Source of the DNA: Marsupella aquatica
Taxonomy: Eukaryota; Plantae; Marchantiophyta
Direction of reading: 5' to 3'
Length of the DNA: 64,000 nt
Assembly: GCA_973895155.1 (NCBI GenBank)
Contig: OZ316891.1
Coordinates: 29,189,611 to 29,253,610, forward strand
The translations under genes and the position numbers were made by a program. The notes beneath the pieces are model-generated. The model searched no databases, was not told where the DNA came from, and saw nothing but the letters and a program-made list of their open reading frames with translations. Of the stretch, positions 34,590 to 45,930 are shown piece by piece (within the stretch, counting starts at the first letter, position 1; each line of letters opens with the position of its first letter).

Positions 34590-36310
34590 TCGCTCGCTCG
34601 CACTAACAGACCCACGCTCAGGTCTAGTTGGCAGTGTGGTAGTACGGTATCAATTCGACGTCTTACCTATTCTACGAAAGCTTCTTGGGGCTGGGGGTAG
34701 GGGACCCAGAATGGGTTTATCATTAATTATTAAAGTTCCTGCCAAGGATAGTGACGGTTGGTCAGGCCCGATTCTCGGATTCTAAACTAATCGAGTAGAA
34801 ATGTGGAGGGGGACCCAGAGTGTAGTTAGCTAGAATTAAAGTTCCCGCCTAGGCTAGGCTGGTTGTCCAGACTCCAGACCCGTTTCTAGAGCAGCTCATT
34901 GAGTAGTAGAGTCAGAGGAAGACATCCGGAGTTGGACAGAACTTCCATGATCCCCAGAAAATCTAAAGCGAGTGAGTAGCGTTGGGGTAGAGAGGAATGA
35001 AATGAATGAAGGTGGTGGGTGGGAGCTATGAGTGGCGGCGGCTGCGGCTCTTGGATCGCTGTCAGGGATTTGTTGTCACTAACTTAACGTATCTAGGCAA
35101 CCAAGGGAAAGCATGGCAGGAATGCCTGGATTTTATTACGTCCAATACTGTGAAATGGAGGAATGGAATACTGCTCGAGTACTTGGGTTTGGCACTGTCT
35201 TGGGCTTGAGGACTGTCTTGAGTTGGCTGCTTCGTTCTTGAAGTGGTACATGTACTACCCTCCGCATTCGGTGACGTATTCGGGGAGGATCGCGAATGAG
35301 AGTGAGGATGGATCCAATGTTGTGGAGTTACATTCCTTTGGAATCACGACCATTGGGATCGGTTCACTGGACCGTACCGACAAGAGTAGAGTGTCCTTCC
35401 TGCAATGCTGCCCACCGAAATCGCTATGATGATGCATTCTAGGACCAGCGCTCGAGTGGAGGCTTGCAGCATCGGAAGGGGCCCCTTTCCACTGCATACG
35501 GACGGTCATTCGGCACTCAGCTGGCAGGAGGAACAAATCCATTGAAGTAGGGCATTCCTCCCTTATCATGAAGTCATATCAACCCGGTTCGTCGAAGGAT
35601 TACGTTGCAGGAACTGTGGCTGCTGTACTCCTTGAGCAGGAGCACAGAGTAGAGGGCGGGGTAGAGGGAAATCGGAGGCAATCAGTTCAAGTGCGGGAGA
35701 GCAGTCTGTCTCTGTCTGTGTGTCTGCCTGCACATGTCAGTCGACTCACAGTGGTTGTTAGTTGGGGACGCTCGGCTCTTGGAGGAGCTGTTGTACCAGT
35801 GCAGGCACGATTGAAACTGACAGAGTGATCTAGTGCTAGCCACAGGTCTCGGGTCGGAGCTCCGTTTCTTGGGCTGCAGTTTTCACAAGAGCGGGGCCGA
35901 AATCTTGTAGAGAGAGAGAGAAGCTAGTCTGCTAGATTCTTGTCCCGCGTGGAGAGACAGAAATTATGGCTCGTGACTCGTCGGCCTTAGTTTCGAGGGA
36001 GTGTCTGAAAGGAGAGCCTGGGAAGACTCCTTTGAGTGATTTCGGTTCATAGCATTTAGTCTGGGATTCGACGAAGGTTGATTAAATTTCGAGAATGTGT
36101 TGCAATGGCAGGTAGTAGTCCTCTCTCTCTCTCGCCTCATCTCCAACTTTTGTTCCAGCCTGTAGCGGTGCGCCGGGTGGAGGATGGGCGGAAGGAATTC
36201 GTTTTCGTAGCAGCTGCTCCGAGCTCCCCTGAGATGTGCCTTTCTATGGACTGACGAGACTCTCGCACGGAGGTGAGAGAGCACTGCCGAACAAGAGAAG
36301 GGGAGGGAGG

Positions 36311-39300
36311 ATGACGGGAACGAGAAGCAGTAGCATAGGAATGGTGGTTTTCTGGGTTCTCGTCCAGGTGCTCGTTTTGGTGTCACAATGCCGAGTAAAT
36401 GTGGAAGCTCTGTCACCTGATGGACGGACTCTTCTGGCTCTCAAGTCCACTATCGATGACCCCGCCGGAGTCCTTGCCGACTGGGTGGAATCGTCTCCAT
36501 CACCTTGCAACTGGACAGCCATTCGGTGCGACGTGCTGGGCAATGTGATCACAGTGGACTTCTCGCAGTTGTCTCTCGGTGGGAACCTTTCAGGTGCAAT
36601 TGGATCGCTGTCATACTTGACCACTCTCAACCTGGACTCGAACAACTTCACTGGGCCACTGCCCAAGGAAATCACCTGGCTGACTCGCCTCAAATTCTTT
36701 AACATTAGCAACAATAGCTTCTCAGCTGGCTTACCGTCCATCTCGAATCTCACCCGACTTACAGTGCTGGATTGCTACAACAACAACCTCTCTGGAGAGC
36801 TGCCTGTTGAGATTGTCACGCTGAGAAGTTTGAATCACGTTCATTTGGGTGGCAACATTTTCTCAGGAAGCATTCCCAGAGAGTATGGCAGCTTTAGTAG
36901 GAGTCTTCAGTACCTCTCCCTCTCCGGCAACGACCTGACTGGAGTCATCCCGCCTGAGCTAGGAAATCTCACAGGGCTGACCCATTTGTATCTGGGATGG
37001 TATAATTCGTTTCAGGGTGGGATCCCTCCTGAACTAGGGAGGCTCAGTGAGTTGGTATTGTTGGATCTGTCTTCCTGTCAGCTGAGTGGCAGCGTGCCCA
37101 GTGAACTAGGCAACCTCACTCGGTTGGAAACCCTGTTTCTGTACACGAATAATCTGAGCGGGACTCTTCCTCCGCTGGACAAACTCGGGAACCTTCGCTC
37201 ATTGGATGTGTCGCTTAACCTTTTCCACGGCGCAATTCCTGAATCGTATGGCAAAATGCTCAATCTCACACTGCTAAATGTATTCAAGAATTTTTTGAGC
37301 GGAGACATACCGGAAGCACTGGGAGACTTGCCCCAGCTCCAGGTTTTACAGATGTGGATGAACAATTTGACAGGGGCGATTCCCCAGCGATTGGGGACGA
37401 GTGGGAACCTTGTGGAGCTTGATGTATCCGACAACCTGCTCCATGAAGGGTTACCTCCGAATTTGTGCATGGGTGGGAACCTGCAGACACTGATCACCTA
37501 CGAAAATTCCCTCTCTGGGGAAATTCCTGCCGGCGTGGCAAATTGCACCTCGCTGCGATACATTCGCATGTTCAGCAATCTGTTTTCTGGAAGGATTCCT
37601 CCAGGTTTCTTCACTCTTCCAAATGCCACCATGCTTCAGTTGCATAAGAACAACTTCTCGGGTCCCATCCCTGACGTGATCCACTCTCCTCTCCTCCAAA
37701 AGCTTGATCTATCTGAGAACCAACTGGATGGGACTATACCGGAAGCCATTGGTGACCTCAGCTCATTGCAAACCCTTCATTTGGACAGAAATGATCTCAC
37801 AGGAGGCGTCCCTTCCAGAATCTGTGATATGCAGGGCCTCTACGATGTTGAGCTCAGCTGGAATAAGCTTAGTGGTGAGATACCATCCACTCTGGGCAAC
37901 TGTTCCGTGCTTTCCAAGTTGGATCTGAGCTGGAACAATTTGACTGGAGAGATTCCCAAGTCGCTGGTGCACCTCGAATCGCTTGCAATCCTCGATCTGT
38001 CACGCAATCAACTGAGCGGACAAATTCCAGAGGCGTTTGGGTCCATAACAACCCTCACACAGGTTGATTTTGCCTTCAACAACTTTTCGGGGCCCATTCC
38101 TACTCAGGGGGACGCTGAAAATTACAACGCGACCGCGTTTGCTGGTAACCCATTTCTTTGTGGAGGAGGCCAGTACCGTGCTTGTTCCAACACCACCTCT
38201 GGAGAGAAGGGAAATGATCGGACGCTACTGGCCTGGCTTGTGGGGGCATTGTTCGCTGCTGCGTTGCTTGTCCTACTTATCGGCGTCTGCTGTTTCTGCA
38301 AAAAGTTTCGATATTACATCATTGGGATGTTCAGGAAGGAAGGGACAGTGCGCCCCTGGAAGTTCACGCCATTCCAGCGGCTGGATTTCACGGCAGTTGA
38401 AATTGTGGAGTGTCTGAACGACGAGAACATCATTGGGAGGGGTGGTGCTGGGACAGTGTATAGGGGGGAGATGGCAAACGGAGAGATGGTTGCTGTGAAG
38501 AAGCTGGCATGTGGTAAGGGGATGTCCTCCCATGACCATGGTTTTTCAGCTGAGATTCGAACTCTGGGGAAAATCCGGCACCGTTACATTGTCCGGTTGC
38601 TAGGATTTTGTACCAATAACGAGATGAATCTCTTGGTGTATGAATACATGCCCAACGGAAGTCTTGGGGAGTTTCTCCATGACAGCAAGAAGAATGGGCT
38701 GCTAGACTGGAATACCAGGTATACCATAGCTTTACAAGCTGCCACTGGGCTTTCATACTTGCATCATGACTGCTCACCTCTGATTGTGCATAGGGATGTC
38801 AAGTCGAACAATATATTGTTAGATCAAAATCTGGAGGCCCATGTTGCAGACTTCGGTTTGGCCAAGCTTTTCCAGGACAGTGGGAAGTCTGAATCCATGT
38901 CCTCCATAGCTGGCTCTTATGGTTACATTGCCCCCGAGTATGCCTATACTCTCAAGGTGAACGAGAAGAGTGACATCTACAGCTTCGGAGTGGTCTTGAT
39001 GGAGCTGCTCACTGGCAAGCGGCCCATCGAGCCTGAGTTCGGAGATGGGGTGGACATTGTGCAGTGGGTCCGGCTTAAAATCCAAACCAAAGAGGGGGTC
39101 TTGGAAATTCTGGATCCCAAAATTGGAGGAGTCATCAGTCCAGTTCCTCTTCAAGAGGTCATGCTGGTGCTCAGAGTTTCTCTCCTGTGTTCTAGTGACC
39201 AGCCTGTAGACCGACCTACAATGAGAGACGTGGTGCAAATGCTGTGGGATGTTAGGCCCACAATCAGGGCAGGAAGCATGGATAGCCGGGAGCTCAAACC

Positions 39301-39337
39301 TCAACCAGTGCTTACCGATGACCTCCTCAAGTTTTAA
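36311..39337 (+). CDS. CLV1: LRR receptor-like kinase, subfamily XI, CLAVATA1/BAM clade, 1008 aa, intronless CDS
   Basis: Signal peptide, SPSPCNWTAIRC cap, ~21 plant LRRs (LxxNxLSGxIP), AFAGNPFLCG, TM helix, WKFTPFQRLDF, IIGRGGAGTVY, SHDHGFSAEIRTLGKIRHRYIVRLLGFC, HRDVKSNN, DFG and ESMSSIAGSYGYIAPEYAYTLKV. First ATG is at 36311 (the ORF track start is GTG; alternative ATG at 36341). Confidence 0.93.
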   Translation: MTGTRSSSIGMVVFWVLVQVLVLVSQCRVNVEALSPDGRTLLALKSTIDDPAGVLADWVESSPSPCNWTAIRCDVLGNVITVDFSQLSLGGNLSGAIGSLSYLTTLNLDSNNFTGPLPKEITWLTRLKFFNISNNSFSAGLPSISNLTRLTVLDCYNNNLSGELPVEIVTLRSLNHVHLGGNIFSGSIPREYGSFSRSLQYLSLSGNDLTGVIPPELGNLTGLTHLYLGWYNSFQGGIPPELGRLSELVLLDLSSCQLSGSVPSELGNLTRLETLFLYTNNLSGTLPPLDKLGNLRSLDVSLNLFHGAIPESYGKMLNLTLLNVFKNFLSGDIPEALGDLPQLQVLQMWMNNLTGAIPQRLGTSGNLVELDVSDNLLHEGLPPNLCMGGNLQTLITYENSLSGEIPAGVANCTSLRYIRMFSNLFSGRIPPGFFTLPNATMLQLHKNNFSGPIPDVIHSPLLQKLDLSENQLDGTIPEAIGDLSSLQTLHLDRNDLTGGVPSRICDMQGLYDVELSWNKLSGEIPSTLGNCSVLSKLDLSWNNLTGEIPKSLVHLESLAILDLSRNQLSGQIPEAFGSITTLTQVDFAFNNFSGPIPTQGDAENYNATAFAGNPFLCGGGQYRACSNTTSGEKGNDRTLLAWLVGALFAAALLVLLIGVCCFCKKFRYYIIGMFRKEGTVRPWKFTPFQRLDFTAVEIVECLNDENIIGRGGAGTVYRGEMANGEMVAVKKLACGKGMSSHDHGFSAEIRTLGKIRHRYIVRLLGFCTNNEMNLLVYEYMPNGSLGEFLHDSKKNGLLDWNTRYTIALQAATGLSYLHHDCSPLIVHRDVKSNNILLDQNLEAHVADFGLAKLFQDSGKSESMSSIAGSYGYIAPEYAYTLKVNEKSDIYSFGVVLMELLTGKRPIEPEFGDGVDIVQWVRLKIQTKEGVLEILDPKIGGVISPVPLQEVMLVLRVSLLCSSDQPVDRPTMRDVVQMLWDVRPTIRAGSMDSRELKPQPVLTDDLLKF

Positions 39338-41117
39338 GTCCTCTCTTCGCTTTCCGAGGAGTTATAGAAAACCGAGATTTTGTGGTAATCTGTCGACAGG
39401 CTTTGTTGTTCAGTTTAAGTTTTGCTTTGTTGTTCAATCTAAGTTATGTTTATTTCGCAGGGTTGCAATACTCTACATGCACATGTGCCGGCAGCATAAT
39501 TTAAGCAATTTTCATGCAGTCCCTATGGTAGGAAGGAGATGAACAATGTCTGAGGAGACATGAACTTGTATAGAAAATCTCACTCGATTTTTTGTCTAAA
39601 GCTCACAATTAATGAAGATGATATTTTTCCCCATCGCAAGCATATTGTACCATAACCGTTCTTGAGTCTCTCGAGTTGTGCTCATCCGCATCATGCTGCC
39701 AATGAGTCCAGGAAGAATGGATGGAATTTGAAGTCAGTGTCGCCCTATACGGACCATCGTCTCACGAGTCTGTATATCTTACCAGTGTAATTTGTTTTAC
39801 TAGCCTAGATTCTGAGGTCTAGGTCAATAAACGGAGGAAACCAACATCAACATATCGCATGCACAGAAATGGCAGTCAATGAAAACGAAGGCGAACTCTA
39901 AACTAGATGCAGTGTGATTACATATAGAATACTACAGCTGCGTCAAAACACTATGTAAAAGAGTGGCGCAAACGGAGATACAAGACCGTGCTTAGCCTAT
40001 CATGTCCTGACGTGAAAAGCTGCACCAAACCAGTTGCTTCAGGTCTTTGTTTCAGTTCATGGTCGCAGTGAACGCCCTGTGACTCATACAGAGCTCTATG
40101 TATTTCGTACTACTCTCTTCCTAGTTTCATCCAAACTTGCCTAGGATCAAAGCTTTTAAAAGATCGAAGATATCAAGAGCTGAGAGAAAATGCATTACGA
40201 GGCAATCAGCATAAATTCCTGTAGAAAATTCTCGACTGAATGACAGCAAATGACTCGAACCATAAAGGGTTTATTTTGAAATTCCAAGCGAGTAACATGA
40301 GCGATCTGAACTGCTCAGATTTGGAAAGCTAAGAATTACGATGCTCGAATTCATAACCTCTCAACCTCAATTTGACAATGAGGCACAAGGTCGGCGATTG
40401 TCTAGTCCAAACTTACTGTTGCGTACATGAATTGAGTAGCTAGCTCATCGATAAATTAGACCATCTAACTCCAGAAGACAACAACCCACAGTTCAGCTGG
40501 GGAGCTTCCTGTGTGGGCAACTATAGCGTTGTTGTCTAACCATGACTGTCACATGACAAGAAAGCTCACTCAGATATCTGATCCACCTAGGTGGTGCTGA
40601 AAAGCAAGCAACCCACAGAGGTAAATTGAGCTCGGGGACTCGCTTTTCGGATAATCAGTGGGTGTTCTAAACCACATGACTAGCTATTATACCTAGTTGA
40701 CACATCAAACTCACCCAGGTTCTGGAGAGCAAGCAGCCCATAACTGTAAAATCTGCAGGACTTCCTTTCGAGGATGGCCTTGTCTGTTAGTGGACATGGA
40801 GTCAGCTCGTTTTTTCTAACCCAACGCCAGCGTCTCCCATCGTTTCCGGCTATGCAGACGCACGAAGCTTGAGAGGCAGGATGATGTAACATCGTAAATC
40901 CCCGAGAATAGTTTTTCCTTTGAATTTCTTATGGGCGTTGCGGAGCCCAAATCCTTGCACCTTCGGACACAATGCCCTCCCCCTCATATCCGTGGGCTCT
41001 CAGCCCCACATCCATGAGTAAATCTGAATTCCCTATGAATTGTTACAATCACAGGACAGCCTCGAAGAATCTCCAGAATATTCTCGTTGTTGAAAGAGAA
41101 GAACTTCCAATTCACAT

Positions 41118-43010
41118 CTAGACTGAAGCGACCAAACTAGGCTGCACGGGGAACCCGGACAAATTCGGAGCATCGTCGCCAGTATCAAAAGGACACACAG
41201 GTAACCACCACCAAGATTTCTTACGAACGTTACACATCAGCATTTTCTTTACTCGGTAGCTAACGAAGCATATGTAATCCCCATCTGCTACAAACAGATT
41301 ATGGGCTCCCGAGTCTCCTCCTCTTGAGAGTCCCGGCAGCAAAGCCTCAGGCACTCTCAACACTTCCACCCATTCCATCTGAAGACTATCCAGCTGCCAA
41401 ACACAGATACTCTTCATTGTACCCCAGAGTGCTATCGCCCCCACCATCATAAGATATCCCCTGCTGACAAATAGCTGCGGCCATGCAAGATGGGCGGGCA
41501 TTGGGGCTCGCACATCCTCCAAAAGTCCTCGATCAATATGGTAAGCTAAGACACTAGTGACTGCGCCATATGCTAAACAATACAGAATCCCCTGCGTATA
41601 CGCTGTGCCGACAATCAGGGCAAGTCTCCTCAGCACTCTGCCAGTCATCTGCCATGAGTCGCTGGCAGAATCATACACTTGCAGCTTCAGATCATCTCCG
41701 TTTCGAGCGACGAGAATTTTGTAAGTATTGGTTACACTGTCCACCACCATACCAACTACATAGGGCTTGGACAGGGGCATCCAAATTGTTGGAGGGAGTC
41801 GTCTCCGGGCCTTGGTGATTGGATTCGAGACGTACAAGTTCAGGCTTCCTTCTTCTGGTTCAGAAAGTGTGTCCATCAAGCAAAGCAGACCTCCAGCAGC
41901 AGCTAAGATCACGAAGGTACTAGGCGAATTGCCTGCAGTGACAATGGAAATGCAATGAGAGATATTTCTTGAAAAGTCTTTTTAGAATTCCAGCACTGCT
42001 ATCATCGCTTTGAAAGTGGCTCCTCAACGTGGAAAATTCCCAGAGAACCACACTTGTCGTTTATACCATATCCTAATTCTTATGTGCAGTCCAATTAGTA
42101 TTTATTATCGGTACAGTGCTCATATTTAACCAATTGGGTTAATGTACAAATTGTGTCGAAGACAACAATGTTGCCTGGGGTGACAATGGGACTGCAATTG
42201 GACAAAATACTCGAGTTCTTTTGAAGGTTTACAGCACAATTCTGACATCTTTCAGAAATGATTCAGTATTGACCCTTGTAAGTTGAGGTAGTCCTAGAAC
42301 CAACATCCACCACTTATTACAATAAAACTGAATCCTCATTTTGCGGAACCGTCACCTTACTGAAATTTAAAACCCGCCTGAGATCCTATCCAAAACTCGA
42401 CTACTATCCATTTATTCGCAATGGCACATATTCGTGAAATTGTTGGTTTTCGCGATTCAAAACCAGCAGAGGAGGAGCAGAAGGACTTGCCTGGAGGAGA
42501 AGAGTTTAGGGTTTGGGGCAGCAGATGCCAATTGTTCCCCGCAGGATCGTAAACGGGATAGCTTTGTCTCGCTTGATCAGCGTAAAGGAGGAATATTGGT
42601 GGGGAAGGACTGCGGCTAGTTTCTGCCCGAGCATGGTTCTCCAGAAAAACGGGATTCGATGTGAGAGCATTCCATCTCTTACAGACACAGCGAAGACGAA
42701 GAATACTAAGCACTGGCAGCTTTGCGAGGATGTTCTCCGTTAGATGCTCTGGAAGCTCCCCCCAGAAATCGCCATCCATCTCCGCCTCAGAGCACTGCTG
42801 CTGCTCCACCCTAAACCCAAGATCATCAAACGCAGGCCGCTCTGTTGTAGACAGTTCCTCATTGGATAGAGTTTCTACAAATTCCGCATTGCGTCCAGAT
42901 GCTGTGACATAGCCCAGTCGCTCAAAAATTCCGAGGTCTGAGAGTTTCTCAGCAACGCAAACGACATCTCCCGATCTATTCTCGAGAGCTGCAGTTGGGA
43001 TTTCGTCCAT
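41118..43010 (-). CDS. F-box protein with kelch-like beta-propeller (At5g15710/LCR/UFO-like group), paralog 1, 444 aa
   Basis: Exons 42491-43010 and 41118-41932 joined by a phase-1 GC-AG intron (1335 nt). F-box LPEHLTENILAKLPVLSILRLRCVCKRWN, followed by AAAGGLLC, YVSNPITK, VYDSASDSW and WWWLPVCP. Confidence 0.9.
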
Positions 43011-45094
43011 TTCTCAATGCCTTTCGCGAAACAACCGATCAACTCTGGAAACATCCGATGATGAAGAGTACTAGCCCCGATTAGCAGTTTAAAGAACGTG
43101 AATAGCCGTAGGAAAATAAAAATGTTAGCCATGAATATGAATAAGAATATATTATTCAAAGATTAATGAAATTTTAAAAAAAAATCTCATGTTATTATTT
43201 TAATAATTATGCATAAAATAGGATACTTGAATCTATGCATAATTATCCCTGTTTCTGCAAGTATGATTGTTATGGTGGGGCCATATGACACATTTTTTAA
43301 TGTAAATAGAAACCATGACAAAAAGCATGCATGCTTATAATTTGATATGACATATATCATCCCATCCACATGATGGTGAGTCATGAAATTACGGTCGAGG
43401 ATTCACTCTAGAAGCCTAGGCCCCAACTCTAGCTTGTAGTTGACACTTTATAAATAAGATAGTAAAGTTGATTTTACAAGATGTTGGGGAACATGCTTTT
43501 TGTCACCAAAGCCTGTTCTTGTTCAAATCATAGAATCACCACACCTAAATCTTTTGAAATAAAGTTCAATAAAGGCAAATCCTTTGCATGAGGGAACCTT
43601 AAGTTTATAAATGTGTGGACAAATGTAAATGTTTTGAAAGCTTTTAGGGACATTGCCACTATTTTATTTGTATTTACAAATATGCCACAAATTTGGTATA
43701 TAGTTATCTCCCTAAACTTGTCATCCATTTTTGTAAATACAAAAAATAGTGACAATATTGTAGAACATCTTTAGTACCTCTGAATCCTTTGAACAAAAGA
43801 GCCACAGTTTGGAAATGTTAGGTCAATAAATGCAGATGCTTTGAATAAATGAGCCATATTTTAAAAATGTTTGGACAACTAAGAGCATCCGCAGCCATCG
43901 GGTGTGGGCTGGCATTTTTGGAAAAATATAGCAGCTCAAGACACTTTGTTGGGTTGCACCGGATGTATGCATCATCAATTTTTATTCAGGTGTTTGTATC
44001 CAAACTTTCCCAACTGAAACAGTTGCCCTTTTTTCCAGGTCTGGTATTCTTGTTTTGCCAACTTTTCACTCGCCTCTAGAGTGACTTAAGGTCATGGTAT
44101 ATGATCAATCGTTATGGCAAAAAGTTATCGACTATGAATTTTGCAGTCATAAAGTTTCTGTCCATAACCTGAACTAATAAGTTAAGGTCCATCCAATTGT
44201 GAGATTTGGGACCCTGTAATGCAATCAAAGTTTGGAGATGTTTAGACAATAATTATGAATCCCTTCAATGGAGGAACCAAAGTTTGGACCATCTGTGCCT
44301 GGAGATGGTCCAAAATTATAGACAAAATAAACACTTCATGTTTACTTCGGCCCATTGCTTGCCATGTAAAATCTGTAGAGACCATAATGGGCCCCAAGTT
44401 TTTGTACAGCCAATTGCACCCTTTTCCACTCATTTTATAATCCAGATTCAATCGAGGATTTAATTGTACTGGGAATTAAACGAAGCACTGGACCCGACCT
44501 CTTGTAAAGCCACCCTCATTCGATTTCTTTACATTCATGGCAGACTGTCCATCTCATTGCATTCCTTTATTCCCTTCCCTTTGCTGCACTTTGGTGAAAT
44601 CTGCTCCATCTGCCTATCTTCTTCAAAGTCGGAGTTCTCAGTTGGGTGTATTGTCAAAGAGGTTTAGGCTCTTCTTTGGTCTAGGTCCAACAGATTGCGG
44701 AACGCTGCAATTCCTGCTCTTTGCCCAATACATCCATCTCAAAAACCCCCATAATCCCCTCGCCAGCCTGGCCAGGGTCCAAGTCTTAATCCCCAGCAAA
44801 CCTCAGTGAGTCACAATATTTCAAATTTTCATTTGGAACAAGAGTTGTTGAGGGTTAGACTTGCTAGCCCATAGCCTGTTTGATATCATAGTTACCCTAC
44901 ACATAGCAACAACATAGAAAAATCTACATTATGTGCTTCTACATTCTGGACAAGAGTTCCTAGGAAACTCACGTACTGCTGCATATGGGGTTCTGCCATT
45001 CAATGTTGCCCATTATAATTGTACTTAAAAGGAGAGAAGGCATGAGGGCATAATTATGTCTTCACATTTCCAAATTTATCTACAGTGTGGAGAG

Positions 45095-45571
45095 TTTGTT
45101 TGACATTAGTCATCCTGGCAAGCATGGCCCAGCAATAGCAATCTTCATTGCACAAAGGGAGGCTCCGAGTTCAAGCTCCATAAGTTGACCATAGTTTTTG
45201 CACAAACCCCTATCCCAAGTGAGGCTCACCAAACCCCTTTGCACAAAAAGCCTTGACACTTCAAAAAAAATAGGGGTCCTCTTATCACCTAAATGGAAAG
45301 AGGCAAAGGAAATAAGGGGACCAAAGGGGTAAGTTATAAAAATGAGTTTCCCCTCTTATCATCTAAATGGAAACTAGTGATGATGCAGGTCAATTGTTCC
45401 TGGAAAACGTATTTAGTACAACCTATTGGGGTCTTACACTTTAATGTTGCTGGCTTGTTGGGTTTGTGCAAAAGCTAGTCAACTCCTGAAGCTTCATTTT
45501 GGAATCTCACCTGCAGTAACGAAGACTATTATTGTTGGGCTATTCTTGCATGACAACTAATGTCAAGCAAA
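45095..45571. mobile_element. Foldback/MITE with ~115-bp imperfect TIRs
   Basis: 45095-45209 (TTTGTTTGACATTAGT...TTTTGCACAAACCC) is inverted at 45460-45571. Internal direct repeat CCTCTTATCA(C/T)CTAAATGGAAA at 45278 and 45352. Confidence 0.75.
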
Positions 45572-45930
45572 TACTATACTTACCCTACTTCCATCTGACT
45601 TTGCCAATTATTCTAGAATCCCACCAAAAAGCAAATCATATTCTAAATATTCTTCAAGTGAGCGAAAGAGCAAACTAAATCAATGGACTTACCACGAAAG
45701 CTTGAAAAAATCAACTTTTTAAGCTGAAAAGTAGAAAAATATGATTACAATAAAGAGTAAATTAAAGGACAATGAGTGGAAACCCTGAAAATAAGGAAAG
45801 AATGATTTCTATAAAAGAGAATAGTAAGGAATGAAAGGCCAATGCTCGGGCCAATGAGTGTAAACCCTACATTAAATGACAAAAGAATAATCATAGATGA
45901 AAAAGAAAATCATTCTATTGCATGGCCGGG

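Noticed and set aside
36244-39304. Several - strand ORFs within the receptor kinase
   Set aside because: They are antisense shadows of a long CDS.
41348-41367. miR394 target site at the position homologous to LCR (EVDRMP versus EVLRVP)
   Set aside because: Only about 13 of 20 positions match the canonical site, with central mismatches.
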